Shown one piece after another: positions 54,708-64,000 of a stretch of 64,000 bases of DNA; positions within the stretch are counted from its first letter, which is position 1; every line of letters starts with the position of its first letter. Both the position numbers and the translations under genes were made by a program. The notes under the pieces were generated by a model that was not told the DNA's origin, ran no database searches, and saw nothing but the letters and a program-made list of their open reading frames with translations. The stretch is taken from NCBI GenBank assembly GCA_964512835.1, contig CAZELA010000001.1, forward strand, positions 233,372 through 297,371, given 5' to 3'. The DNA comes from an uncultured Candidatus Saccharibacteria bacterium (GTDB lineage Bacteria; Patescibacteriota; Minisyncoccia; Phycocordibacterales; UBA2100).

Positions 54708-55994
54708 ATGCTCGACATTAAATTCATACGTGAAAACAAAGATATCGTTATAGCCGGTGCGAAGAAGAAGCGCATCGAGGTTGATATCGAGCAGCTGCTG
54801 AAAGTCGACGATAAACGCCGCGAACTGCAGGCGTCGTTCGATGCCAATCGCGCACAGCAGAACGCTGCTTCAGACAAGATTGCACAGGCATCCCCGGAGG
54901 AGCGCCAGACCCTCATCGCACAAATGCAAAGCGTAAAAGAAGCGCTCAAAAAAGACGAAGAGGCGCTACAGGAGGTTATGAAAGAATGGCAGTCACTCAT
55001 GGTTCGTGTGCCGAACGTGCCGGATATGTCCGTCCCCGATGGGGAGAGCGACGCCGACAATGTTGAAGTCCGCCGATGGTCGCCTGTTTCAGGAGACGGC
55101 GGTGATCCGGAGGCACCCACCTTCGCGCAGAAGTCGCACGTCGAACTCATGCTCATGCATGATATGGCGGACTTCGAACGAGGGTCGAAGGTGGCCGGAT
55201 TCCGGGGTTATTTTTTGAAAAATGACGGCGCGCGACTCGAGTGGGCACTGCGCCGACTTGTCGAAGATCGCTTTATGCATCGCGAAGGGTTCACACCGAT
55301 GGTTGTGCCGTCGATGGTCAGGCGAGAGCCGTTCATGGGAACGGGCTATTTGCCGCAAAGCGAAGAAGACCTCTATAAGACGCAGGATGCCGACTATCTT
55401 GCCGGCACCGCAGAGGTTGCAACAATGGGGTATTACGCGGACGAAATGTTGGACAAGGCGCAACTGCCGATCAAATTCTTTTCATACTCACCGTGTTTCC
55501 GCCGTGAAGCGGGAAGTCATGGCAAGGACACTAAGGGTGTATTCCGCATACACGAGTTCATAAAATATGAACAGGTGGTTTTGTGCGAAGCGTCGCACGA
55601 AGAATCGGTGCGCATCCACGAAGAGATTACGGGCAATGCGGAGGCGATTCTCCGGGAGTTGAAGCTTCCGTATCATGTCGTCGTGAACTGCGGCGGTGAT
55701 CTTGGTCTCGGACAGGTCAAAAAGTACGACATTGAAGCATGGATGCCGAGCGAACAGACGTACCGTGAGACGCATTCGTCCTCATATTTTCATGACTTTC
55801 AGACCCGAAGGTTGAACATCCGCTACCGTGACGAGCAGGGAGTGTTGCGATACGTGCACTCGCTCAATAACACAGCGCTCGCGATGCCCCGCATCATCTG
55901 TCAGATCGTCGAGAACTACCAACGAGCGGACGGCTCTATCGAAGTCCCTGAAGTATTGCGCCCCTACATGGGCAAAGACGTGATCGGCGCATAA
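54708..55994 (+). CDS. serS: seryl-tRNA synthetase
   Basis: N-terminal coiled coil MLDIKFIRENKD...; class II motifs; start at the internal ATG 54708. Confidence 0.9.
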   Translation: MLDIKFIRENKDIVIAGAKKKRIEVDIEQLLKVDDKRRELQASFDANRAQQNAASDKIAQASPEERQTLIAQMQSVKEALKKDEEALQEVMKEWQSLMVRVPNVPDMSVPDGESDADNVEVRRWSPVSGDGGDPEAPTFAQKSHVELMLMHDMADFERGSKVAGFRGYFLKNDGARLEWALRRLVEDRFMHREGFTPMVVPSMVRREPFMGTGYLPQSEEDLYKTQDADYLAGTAEVATMGYYADEMLDKAQLPIKFFSYSPCFRREAGSHGKDTKGVFRIHEFIKYEQVVLCEASHEESVRIHEEITGNAEAILRELKLPYHVVVNCGGDLGLGQVKKYDIEAWMPSEQTYRETHSSSYFHDFQTRRLNIRYRDEQGVLRYVHSLNNTALAMPRIICQIVENYQRADGSIEVPEVLRPYMGKDVIGA

Positions 55995-56008
55995 CTCCGG
56001 GATCTTTT

Positions 56009-56932
56009 ATGATCCAGAAAATCGTAGACCTTCGGCCGTCGCTTACGCATTCATCGCGTTCGCCCGATCGGAAGCCCGCGGCACATACACAGGCTCCTAA
56101 ACAATCGAAAAAACCCATTCCGCTCAAAACGCGACGACGGAGGCTGCGTATCGCGATTATCGCAGGCGGAGTGCTTTTCTTTTTGCTTACGCTCTATTTT
56201 TTGCACTGGATCTCGTATCGGCCGATGATGCGTATCCGGGAGGTGTCCGTGCGTGGTGCGATGTTGCAGGATCCGCAAGAGATCGCGAACTACGCGCTCG
56301 ATGCGCTGTCCGATAGCTCGAATCATTACATTGCCCGCGACAACATCTTTGCGTATCCGAAGGAGGAAATACGGGCAGGCGTCATGCGAACCTTTCCCCG
56401 TCTGCAATCTGCGCGATTAGGTCGCAGTAGTCTGTTTGGGACGACGCTGATTGTGAATGTGGATGAGCGTGCCGCCTATGCAACATGGTGCGCGGAGTCG
56501 CAGATTTGCTACGTGTTCGACGAGGGCGGTCTGATTTTTGCAGCCACCGACCGATCAGGTAAGCCCGAACTTCCGTATGTGTTTTACGGGGGCATTGAAA
56601 CGGACCCCGTGATCGGGTCGGTGTTCCTGCCGGAACAGTTGCGCGGAGTGCTCGATCTGTTGCAACGCATGCGGGAGGCCCGGTTCATTCCGGTCTCGAT
56701 GCGGGTGCTCGACGGCCAGGATTATACGATCGCATTATCGAACGGTTTCACGATCAAAGCGTCGTTCGGACAAGAGATTGATACAATCGTCCATAATCTT
56801 GAGCTTGTTTCCGTCTCGCCGGCGCTGCGCGGAAAAGAGGCGAGTCTCGAGTATATCGATCTCCGATTCGGGAATCGCGTGTACTACAAGTTCCGCGGAG
56901 TCGATGAGCCCACAGAGGAAAACGGCGGGTAG
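56009..56932 (+). CDS. ftsQ: FtsQ/DivIB-like cell division protein (TM plus POTRA)
   Basis: Basic N-terminus, single TM, POTRA-like RIREVSVRGAMLQDPQEI. Confidence 0.5.
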   Translation: MIQKIVDLRPSLTHSSRSPDRKPAAHTQAPKQSKKPIPLKTRRRRLRIAIIAGGVLFFLLTLYFLHWISYRPMMRIREVSVRGAMLQDPQEIANYALDALSDSSNHYIARDNIFAYPKEEIRAGVMRTFPRLQSARLGRSSLFGTTLIVNVDERAAYATWCAESQICYVFDEGGLIFAATDRSGKPELPYVFYGGIETDPVIGSVFLPEQLRGVLDLLQRMREARFIPVSMRVLDGQDYTIALSNGFTIKASFGQEIDTIVHNLELVSVSPALRGKEASLEYIDLRFGNRVYYKFRGVDEPTEENGG

Positions 56933-56939
56933 TCGTGCT

Positions 56940-57911
56940 ATGGTGACCGCGATGAATTTTTGGAAAACGCTGCCGCGACCGTTTTTTATAATGGCGCCTA
57001 TGGAGGATGTGACCGACGCTGCGTTTCGTCGGATGTTCGCCTTGCACGGAAAGCCGCACGTTACGTACACGGAATTCACGTCGGCAGACGGACTCGTGCT
57101 TGCGCCCGAACCGGGCAGGTCAAAGCTCATGAAAAAGCTGCTGTACTCCGAGATCGAGCGGCCGATCGTGGCGCAGTTGTTCTCATCAACTCCCGAGCGT
57201 ATGGAAAAGGCTGCCGCTCTCGCGCAGGAGCTCGGATTTGATGGCGTGGACATTAACATGGGGTGTCCTGATCGTGCGGTAGAAAAACAGGGGAGCGGTG
57301 CCGCGCTCATCAAAGACCCCGAGCTCGCGGTTGAGCTCATGCGCGCGGTTCGCCGCGGTGCACCCGATCTCCCGCTTTCTGTCAAAACGCGTATCGGCTA
57401 CAACACCGACGAGCTTGAGCGCTGGATACCTCAAATTCTTGCAGAGAAGCCCTCGGCCCTTACCGTACACTTGCGGACTCGCAAGGAAATGTCGGATGTG
57501 CCCGCACACTGGGATCGTATGAAGGATGTGGTGCGACTGCGCAATGAGCTGTCGCCGGAAACGGTAGTATCCGGAAACGGTGATGTGAAAGATCTCTCTG
57601 ATGCGCGGGCGAAAGCCTCGGAGAGCGGATGCGACGGCGTTATGCTCGGACGCGCGATATTCGGTAATCCGTGGCTGTTCGCGGAACGTAGCGCTTCGCC
57701 GCAGGAACGCATTCTCGGTCTCATAGAGCATCTCAGTCTGTTTAATGAATTACTCGGGTCCACGACGCACTATGCCGTGATGAAGAAACACTTTAAGGCG
57801 TACATAAACGGCTGGGACAATGCAAAGGATTTGAGGGTGCAGCTTATGGAAACGAATGATGCGGACAGTGCGCTTGCGGTGCTTCGCGAGAGTGGACAAA
57901 CCGCGCTCTAG
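56940..57911 (+). CDS. tRNA-dihydrouridine synthase
   Basis: FIMAPMEDVTDAAFR and the TIM-barrel Dus pattern. Confidence 0.8.
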   Translation: MVTAMNFWKTLPRPFFIMAPMEDVTDAAFRRMFALHGKPHVTYTEFTSADGLVLAPEPGRSKLMKKLLYSEIERPIVAQLFSSTPERMEKAAALAQELGFDGVDINMGCPDRAVEKQGSGAALIKDPELAVELMRAVRRGAPDLPLSVKTRIGYNTDELERWIPQILAEKPSALTVHLRTRKEMSDVPAHWDRMKDVVRLRNELSPETVVSGNGDVKDLSDARAKASESGCDGVMLGRAIFGNPWLFAERSASPQERILGLIEHLSLFNELLGSTTHYAVMKKHFKAYINGWDNAKDLRVQLMETNDADSALAVLRESGQTAL

Positions 57912-57967
57912 CGGTACTCTGGAGGCGGTTGACGCATGAAGCGTTTACATATGAGGGGAGTGTGCGT

Positions 57968-58303
57968 ATGGCGCGGTCATCAGAAGCAGAATGTGCACGA
58001 CTGGGCTTGCTCAGTGAGATCGAAGTGTTCGTGCTGTCACGCTATTCCTACGGATTCGCGCTCGCTCGCATCGATCAGGAAATCGCGGCGCGAAGTGACG
58101 GTCCCGGCGTGTCCGCAGAACAGACGATGATCGCCCTGTGTGATGTCCTCGGCATCACCGACGTGCGAGTGCCTGAGCGGTTCCGAAAGGCAGGCAAGCT
58201 GTATATCGACGCCAAGGAGATCGAGCGGGAGCAAGGCCTGCAGATCACTACCCCGGGTGCATACGGATACTTCGGCACGTCCGACGCAGTACCCGCAACG
58301 TAA
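57968..58303 (+). CDS. hypothetical protein
   Basis: RBS GAGGGGAG before the ATG at 57968; 111 aa; the alternative frame is Arg-rich junk. Confidence 0.35.
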   Translation: MARSSEAECARLGLLSEIEVFVLSRYSYGFALARIDQEIAARSDGPGVSAEQTMIALCDVLGITDVRVPERFRKAGKLYIDAKEIEREQGLQITTPGAYGYFGTSDAVPAT

Positions 58304-58380
58304 ATGCAATTCAGGCACGCCGGCAGAGCGATCTGTCGGCTATTTCTTTTGCTCTGACCGCACTTTGCTATACTGCCGCC

Positions 58381-59418
58381 ATGAAGAAAGAGTCTCATCA
58401 GACCTTGTATCGTCAGTATCGGCCGTCAGGGTTCGGAGAGGTTCGTGGTCAGGACCAGGTAACGCTTGTTCTCGAAAAAGCGATCAAAAACAAAAAGATC
58501 GGTCACGCCTACCTGTTCTGCGGCACGCGCGGCACGGGCAAAACGTCGGTGGCCCGTATTCTCGCACGAGAACTGGGCGTCTCGGACAAAGATCTGTACG
58601 AAATGGACGCCGCGTCAAACCGTGGTATCGATGACATCCGTGAGCTTCGCGAGGGAGTCTATGCGCTCCCGTTTGAATCACCGTACAAGTTCTACATCAT
58701 CGACGAAGCACACATGCTTACAAAAGAAGCGTGGAATGCTTTTCTAAAAACTCTCGAAGAGCCGCCGGCTCACGCGATCTTTGTTCTTGCAACCACGGAG
58801 CGGGATCGTGTGCCTGACACGATTCAGTCGCGTTGCGAAATCTACACATTTAAACAACCGTCACGGGACATGCTTGCCGATACGGTCGCCGATGTGGCGC
58901 AGAAAGAAGGGTATACGCTTGAGCGTGCTGCAGCGGAGTTGGTTGCGCTCCTTGCCGAAGGATCGTTTCGCGATGCGCTCTCTATCCTGCAAAAGGTGTT
59001 GTCAGTCGCTCAAGGAAAGAAGATCCAGATAGGTGACGTGGAAGACGTTTCCGGTGCGCCACGTGGTGAACTGATCCGTACATTACTCTCGGCTATCGCA
59101 AAAAAAGACGCCCAAGCGGCACTCTCGGTCGTCCGCACCGCAGAAAAAGACAACATGGATGCGAGAACGCTCGCAAAACTATTGATACATCGCTTGCGCG
59201 TGATATTGCTCATGCGGTACGCACCGGATTTGTCCGAGAGTCTGGCCGATGAGCTGACCGAAGCAGACCGCGAGATTGCGGGGGCGCTCACGAAAGAGCC
59301 GGGGATTAATTCTGATACATTGCGTTCGGTCCTCGATGCGTACGGAAAGATGGCGTATGCGGCGGTGCCGTTTTTACCGCTCGAACTTGCAATCATAGAC
59401 CTGTGCGCCGCGAAATAA
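58381..59418 (+). CDS. dnaX: DNA polymerase III subunit gamma/tau, short form (domains I-III)
   Basis: YLFCGTRGTGKTS, IIDEAHMLT, sensor SRC; aligns with the DnaX N-terminus. Confidence 0.75.
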   Translation: MKKESHQTLYRQYRPSGFGEVRGQDQVTLVLEKAIKNKKIGHAYLFCGTRGTGKTSVARILARELGVSDKDLYEMDAASNRGIDDIRELREGVYALPFESPYKFYIIDEAHMLTKEAWNAFLKTLEEPPAHAIFVLATTERDRVPDTIQSRCEIYTFKQPSRDMLADTVADVAQKEGYTLERAAAELVALLAEGSFRDALSILQKVLSVAQGKKIQIGDVEDVSGAPRGELIRTLLSAIAKKDAQAALSVVRTAEKDNMDARTLAKLLIHRLRVILLMRYAPDLSESLADELTEADREIAGALTKEPGINSDTLRSVLDAYGKMAYAAVPFLPLELAIIDLCAAK

Positions 59419-59469
59419 AAAAATCGGCCCCGCGTGACGGAGCCGAATGAGTTTCAAAGAGCCCGACGT

Positions 59470-59913
59470 TCAGTCGCCCTTTTTCTTTTCGGGGAGGATG
59501 AAGTCGATGAAGCGCAGACCGGCGCGTTCGGCCATCTCGAATGCCGATCCGATATGCGACGCGGTGAATTTACCGACGCCGACCGCAGTGGCTTTCGAAT
59601 GAGCCCACGAAATGAATTTCATGACCTCCCACAACGCCTTCGTCTGATGGAGTTCCGTCCAGCCATGTTTAGCGGATGATCGGAGGGTTTCGATATTGGC
59701 CAGCAGATCGACATCGTCGCTATTTTCGGGTGCGATGCCCGCATGCTGTAGTCCTTCGCGCACGGATTCGACGTGATCGAGAAACGTGTTGCGCAGGGAT
59801 GCGCTGGTGGCAGATGTTGTCCAGGACGCGACGAAGCCGATGATCTTTGCACCGATCACGGTTTTGATGACGAGCGGAACAATTGCGGCAAGGGCAATAA
59901 CGGGAGCGGGCAT
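59470..59913 (-). CDS. hypothetical N-terminal 2-TM / helical-domain protein
   Basis: MPAPVIALAAIVPLVIKTVIGAKIIGFVASW then a 110-aa helical region; divergent from the downstream operon. Confidence 0.45.
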   Translation of the reverse strand: MPAPVIALAAIVPLVIKTVIGAKIIGFVASWTTSATSASLRNTFLDHVESVREGLQHAGIAPENSDDVDLLANIETLRSSAKHGWTELHQTKALWEVMKFISWAHSKATAVGVGKFTASHIGSAFEMAERAGLRFIDFILPEKKKGD

Positions 59914-60143
59914 GCGCTATCCTTCCTTCAGGTTTGGCTTTTTTCACTATATACCTATGAAATATGAAAGAAAGTGCGTCAATAAAAATGCGAAAATATG
60001 GCTCAATGGAGCCACGGTGCAGACTTGACGTGTAATGTGAATTCTGGCATACTTGCGCCCGGCTACCGATGATCTTTCTGATCATTGAAAACAGCAAAGA
60101 GTTTACGACTACCACCCTCCAGCAAAGGACGAAGGAGAAGGCA

Positions 60144-61532
60144 ATGACCGAAGCGCAGACCCTGACCAAAGGTGGCCTCAATGAGGCCGCTGCATCGATC
60201 GCGCAGATGGATTCTGCGATGAGCAGTTTCCAGCGCACGACGCTGAACGACCTCCTGACGCAGCAGGAAACCCTGCTGAATCAACAGAAGGAAGTCGCTC
60301 AGCTCGACGACGCCAAGGAGCGTGCTGCGAAGACCGAGATCCTCAACGCGAATCTGGATTCGCTCCAGACCAAGATCGCCGCATACCGCGACGACACCGC
60401 TGAGCTGATCGCCGGCCTCGAGGCGCATTTCGAGAAGATCGGGCAATCGCTCGCCGGCTTGCAGAAGCCGACCGAGACCGACCTGAGCGTCGTGAAGCGT
60501 GCCGAGGAATTCCTCAAGAAGGTGCAGGACGACGGCGTCATCGCGCGCAAGCTGCTGACCGACGCGGTCACCGAAGCCCAGGGCGCGTTCTTCAACAGCG
60601 CCGGCAAGACGGCCGAGGCGAATCAAAAGCTCGCCGCGTTCGATCTCCAGCAGGAGGCCGACGTGAAGGCCGCCGGAATTGCCGTCGAGGAAGCGAAGGC
60701 TGAAGTCGAGCGGGCGCGCCGCAAGCGCATCCGCGAGGCGGACTTCGATGCGCAGTTCGATCGGTTCATCGCGATGGCGCAGCAGATTCAGAAGAATCTG
60801 CTCGACAACGTGATGGGCAGCGAAGTGCGGATGAAGGAGACTCAGAACGCCTTCATTGTATCGCTCAAGCAGAAGGAGTCGGCCGCGCTGAAGATGGCCG
60901 AAATCGCCGGCAAGATCCGCGAAAAGGAGAACGAGGTGATGAACCTCGAATCCGAACGCGGACAGACCGCCGACGAAGCGGCTCGCGCGACGGTCGACGT
61001 CAAGCTCGGTGTCGCCAATCAGGAGCTCGCTGACCTCAACGGTCAGAAACAGGAACTCCAGGTTGCGCACAACGCCGAAGAATCGGCGGCCAAGAAGCAC
61101 GAGACGATCCTGGCCACGCTGCAAGTTCAGCGTGAGAACCAGCGCTCGCACGCCGTGAAGCTCTCGATCGATGTGAAGGCGCGCTTCCAGCAGGCGCAGA
61201 ATATCGTCACGGTCATCAAGAACACGGCGCAGGAAGATGCGGCCTCGCGGCTGCATCAGGCCGGCTCGTCGATGGATCGCATGTCTCTCGAGATCGCGGC
61301 CCGCGCGCTCATTGCGAGCGAACGGGAGCGCCTCAACATGCTGCTCAATCACGAGAAGGACATGAAGGGCTTCGAAGAAGTGCGGTCGACGCTCGCCGAA
61401 GGGCGCGCGGACATCGCGGTCAGGGACGCCGAGATCATGGCGCGGATGAGGCAGGACTACGGCATCGATCCCTTGGGGTCGAGCTGGCTGCATCTCGCTG
61501 AACAGCACGTCGAAGAAAAGAAGGCGGCGTAA
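60144..61532 (+). CDS. long all-alpha coiled-coil protein (TelA/KlaB-like or PspA/ESCRT-III-like by composition only)
   Basis: 462 aa, Q/A/E/K-rich heptad-like sequence, no TM; RBS GGAGAAGG; GC clearly higher than the rest of the window; followed by hairpin GGGGCGCC...GGCGCCCC. Confidence 0.55.
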   Translation: MTEAQTLTKGGLNEAAASIAQMDSAMSSFQRTTLNDLLTQQETLLNQQKEVAQLDDAKERAAKTEILNANLDSLQTKIAAYRDDTAELIAGLEAHFEKIGQSLAGLQKPTETDLSVVKRAEEFLKKVQDDGVIARKLLTDAVTEAQGAFFNSAGKTAEANQKLAAFDLQQEADVKAAGIAVEEAKAEVERARRKRIREADFDAQFDRFIAMAQQIQKNLLDNVMGSEVRMKETQNAFIVSLKQKESAALKMAEIAGKIREKENEVMNLESERGQTADEAARATVDVKLGVANQELADLNGQKQELQVAHNAEESAAKKHETILATLQVQRENQRSHAVKLSIDVKARFQQAQNIVTVIKNTAQEDAASRLHQAGSSMDRMSLEIAARALIASERERLNMLLNHEKDMKGFEEVRSTLAEGRADIAVRDAEIMARMRQDYGIDPLGSSWLHLAEQHVEEKKAA

Positions 61533-61640
61533 GCCGTTGAACTGAACTGTTAGGTGGGGCGCCCGATTCAATCGCGGCGCCCCATTTCTCTTATGCAGAC
61601 AGGAATGGCCGATCGAATGAACACTCATGGGGAGAGCAGA

Positions 61641-62735
61641 ATGCAGCGACCTATCACCGGCGCGGGCAACACCGTCACGCTCATGAATAATGGCGACGGA
61701 CGATATGCCCGCTACTTTACCGAGCTCGACCGGGCGCTGCGCATGATTAATGCGTGGGCGCGCGGATACGCGAGCGGCACCATCGACGGATCGTGGCACG
61801 CGAACTATCTACGGGGACTCGCGGCTTGTTTTACCATGCTGCGCTCCCGTTACAGTTTTGAGTCATCTGATTCGTTCATGGTCGATCTTTCGCATTCGGG
61901 GTTTCCGCACAGCTTCATGCTGACGCGGATCGCTACCGATCGTGCGGAGGCGCTTGCCGAGCACTTCAAGAGCGAACCGCTTTCCGTCGGTGAATACAAA
62001 GTCGTCTTTCTTGACGACCTCTTCGCCACCGGACAAGTCAATCCCGCGCTCCTTAACAGGATCGCGAGTGCACAATATGCGGAAGTCGTCGCGAAAATGG
62101 ACGGGGCATTCGACCCGCGCTTTATGTGCGGAGAGCCTGTTTCGGTCAATGTCGCGAAGCGACGATATCGTTTGCAGTGGGCAGCGTTTGATCCGGCGGT
62201 TAATCTGCCGGTTCTGTGCGGGATGGCATTCGAACACGTCGGTGCCGATCTTACGAGGTCGATGCAGGCGTTGAAGTTGCTCCTCAAGCACGAAACGAGT
62301 GCCGGTACATCGATCGTCTCCCTCGCGGAGCGGATCGATTCCGGCAACAGCGATGTGAGACCGCTCGTGTTCACGCGGGTCACCGTGGGACCGATTCACT
62401 TGCCGGGCTTCACCGACATGACGGATACGGTCCGCGAACTCTCCGGCAACAGCGAAGAGGAGATGATGATCGAGCTTATTGCCGATCATACGCATGCGGT
62501 CAGCATCAGAAAGACAAGCGTACTCGCCGTGAAGTTGGGCGTGTCACCGGCTGAACAGCTCGTGTACGCGACCAAAGTGAATGACCCGCTCTGCTTCCAA
62601 CGCGGAGCGGAACAGGTTGAACGACTTGTGATCCTGCCGCATCGCATGCTGCAGGACATGGCGCCCACGACGCGATCGCATGTAAGCACCGACTACACAC
62701 TCATCCCGTATACCCAAGAAGGAGAAATCCAGTGA
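61641..62735 (+). CDS. hypothetical protein (no recognisable domain)
   Basis: RBS GGGGAGAG before the ATG at 61641; 364 aa; stop overlaps the next gene start (GTGA). Confidence 0.5.
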   Translation: MQRPITGAGNTVTLMNNGDGRYARYFTELDRALRMINAWARGYASGTIDGSWHANYLRGLAACFTMLRSRYSFESSDSFMVDLSHSGFPHSFMLTRIATDRAEALAEHFKSEPLSVGEYKVVFLDDLFATGQVNPALLNRIASAQYAEVVAKMDGAFDPRFMCGEPVSVNVAKRRYRLQWAAFDPAVNLPVLCGMAFEHVGADLTRSMQALKLLLKHETSAGTSIVSLAERIDSGNSDVRPLVFTRVTVGPIHLPGFTDMTDTVRELSGNSEEEMMIELIADHTHAVSIRKTSVLAVKLGVSPAEQLVYATKVNDPLCFQRGAEQVERLVILPHRMLQDMAPTTRSHVSTDYTLIPYTQEGEIQ

Positions 62736-64000
62736 ACGGCGGATCCAAAACGGAGATCAAGGCTGCTCAAATAGCGGAGCATCTGCGCAATGCAGATGCG
62801 CTCGTGACGAAAGTCGATTGGGCAGCCAAGAAAGCGCCACCTGCACCGGGCAATCTGTACCGCGAACGCTTGCTTGCAAGCGCCGCTGCAACCCCGAGTG
62901 CCTCGCTTATCGAAGCGATCAAGAACATCCGCAAGGACGGCTCTTCGATTGTCGACAAGGCCGAGCATCGCGTGCTCCACGACGTGCGCCGCGGTATCCA
63001 GATCGGATACGCGGTCGCCGAGGAGTACCGCCGCACGGTCGGCATCGAGAACGTGGGGGATCTCTCAAAAATTTCCCCTGAGCAGAAAGGTGTCATCCAG
63101 GAGAAGATGCGCACGGCGGCAGCACTTTCGCTGTACACGCTCGCGCGTTACGTCTCGGAAGGTCTCGCGGACGTCGGTGACGACCAGGCGCACAAGGAGC
63201 ACGTCGTGCTTCCCGAATGCGCGCTGGACAATCCGATCGCCGCGGCCAAATGCGCGCTCTACTACCTGAGCCTGAACCTGGCACATCCGAGCGTGAGCAA
63301 CGACAAGGCGCTCAACGCGACGGTGTATCTGTTCTTCCGTCAGGTCCTCGACGAGATCGAAGCCCGCAAGGCATCGTTCACGTACCTCGAATCGTTCCAG
63401 TCCATCGCGTTCGGCATCGAAGGCGAGGACTTCACGGTCGAGGGTCTCGAGCGTCACGACAGTCGCGCGGTCAGCGTCGAGTTCAACCGTCAGGAAATGG
63501 ACGGCATCGTCGGCAACGCCGATGCCAAACATGCCTCGACACGACTCGCGCGCCGGCTCGCGTGCTACAACATGCGCGAACAGGCGAACGTGTTCCAGAG
63601 GCTCGGCGGACTCATGCCGGTGTGGATGGGATACGGCAAACCCGGTACGGGCAAGTCGATGATCATCGCCGCGATAGCGACGCTGCTCGACGACCTCTGC
63701 AAGGCCCGGGGTATCCCGTTCCTGTTCCATCCGCTGCCGGACAACCTGATCGATTCGTATCAGGGAAACACGGCGCGGAACATGGTCAACTACATGAAAG
63801 CGTTCCTCGATCCCGGCCGCATCACATTCGGTGCGATCGACGACAGTGAGAACGTGTTTCAGGACCGTTCACGGCAGGGAGTGAGCGAGGGCGAGCGCGC
63901 CGCGATCGGCGTGTTCCTCCGCTATACCGAAGGTGCATACGCGATCACTCGCGGCAACGCCACCATCGGTGCGTTCACGAACATGCCGGAAGTGTTCGAC
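62732..64000 (+). CDS. AAA+ ATPase with about 290-aa N-terminal domain (3' end outside window)
   Basis: RBS AAGGAGA then GTG; Walker A MGYGKPGTGKSMIIAAIATLL about 300 aa in; Walker-B-like ITFGAIDDSE; open to the window end so absent from the ORF track. Confidence 0.6.
   Translation, partial: MNGGSKTEIKAAQIAEHLRNADALVTKVDWAAKKAPPAPGNLYRERLLASAAATPSASLIEAIKNIRKDGSSIVDKAEHRVLHDVRRGIQIGYAVAEEYRRTVGIENVGDLSKISPEQKGVIQEKMRTAAALSLYTLARYVSEGLADVGDDQAHKEHVVLPECALDNPIAAAKCALYYLSLNLAHPSVSNDKALNATVYLFFRQVLDEIEARKASFTYLESFQSIAFGIEGEDFTVEGLERHDSRAVSVEFNRQEMDGIVGNADAKHASTRLARRLACYNMREQANVFQRLGGLMPVWMGYGKPGTGKSMIIAAIATLLDDLCKARGIPFLFHPLPDNLIDSYQGNTARNMVNYMKAFLDPGRITFGAIDDSENVFQDRSRQGVSEGERAAIGVFLRYTEGAYAITRGNATIGAFTNMPEVFD

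Noticed and set aside
54558-55156. Apparent 600-bp overlap of dprA and serS long ORFs
   Set aside because: Both track ORFs are extended upstream in frame. Internal ATGs (dprA 54670, serS 54708) give normal-length proteins in a head-to-head arrangement 37 bp apart.
60063-61799. 578-aa minus-strand ORF antisense to the coiled-coil gene
   Set aside because: Low-complexity Arg/Leu/Gly-rich translation from a high-GC region. The sense strand has an RBS and a coherent coiled-coil protein.
1-64000. Integrase, transposase or other recombinase genes to explain the gene-end duplications
   Set aside because: None of the ORFs shows tyrosine or serine recombinase or DDE motifs. The duplications therefore cannot be tied to an autonomous mobile element within this window.

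Overview
The window is a 64 kb chromosomal segment dominated by housekeeping genes, with GC about 55-58%. By inference it comes from a small-genome, possibly CPR/Patescibacteria-like bacterium. This rests on a short IF-2, a short Rel, a short S1, many small membrane or secreted proteins, and tRNAs that do not encode CCA. I found no rRNA, no CRISPR array and no integrase or transposase.

Housekeeping genes identified: aroK, pyrF, pyrE, trxB, ftsZ, ftsA, ybeY, rpsU, a hisS-like gene, lepB, pth, rpsA, mscL, gyrA, a DEAD-box helicase, a GH13 glycosidase, cspA, prs, rbfA, infB, a cysteine desulfurase, clpB, plsC, rpmG, miaA, parB, rel, topA, dprA, serS, an ftsQ-like gene, dus and dnaX. There are six tRNAs: Leu-TAG, Lys-CTT, Leu-TAA, Tyr-GTA, Trp-CCA and Leu-CAA.

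Main observations:
- The last about 4.5 kb (59.5-64 kb) is a GC-rich island. It holds a divergently transcribed 2-TM protein and a three-gene operon: a long coiled-coil protein, an unknown protein, and an AAA+ ATPase cut off by the window end. This is a candidate undescribed module.
- Four of the six tRNAs (Lys, Tyr, Trp, Leu-CAA) and, unexpectedly, topA are each followed by a 130-200 bp trailer. The trailer holds a terminator, a hairpin and a direct copy of the gene's own 3' end; three of the four tRNA trailers also carry an inverted copy of that 3' end. The hairpin has a conserved C-GACG-G loop and covarying stems; the tRNA-Trp trailer lacks it. tRNA-Leu(TAG) has a related but inverted variant: the GACG-loop hairpin and a direct 3'-end copy lie beyond its terminator, and the copied end in the 5' leader is its own 5' end.
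- A tandem array of five small TrbC/VirB2-like (T4SS-pilin-like) membrane proteins sits next to tRNA-Leu(TAG); a sixth paralog sits next to tRNA-Tyr.
- Other points: a cytochrome b5 / cupredoxin / DoxX membrane redox trio co-transcribed with pyrE; a GC-rich pair of GcrA-like multi-domain proteins; a near-pure AT tract of about 110 bp; a low-GC gene beside tRNA-Lys; and a hisS-like gene whose motif 2 looks degenerate.
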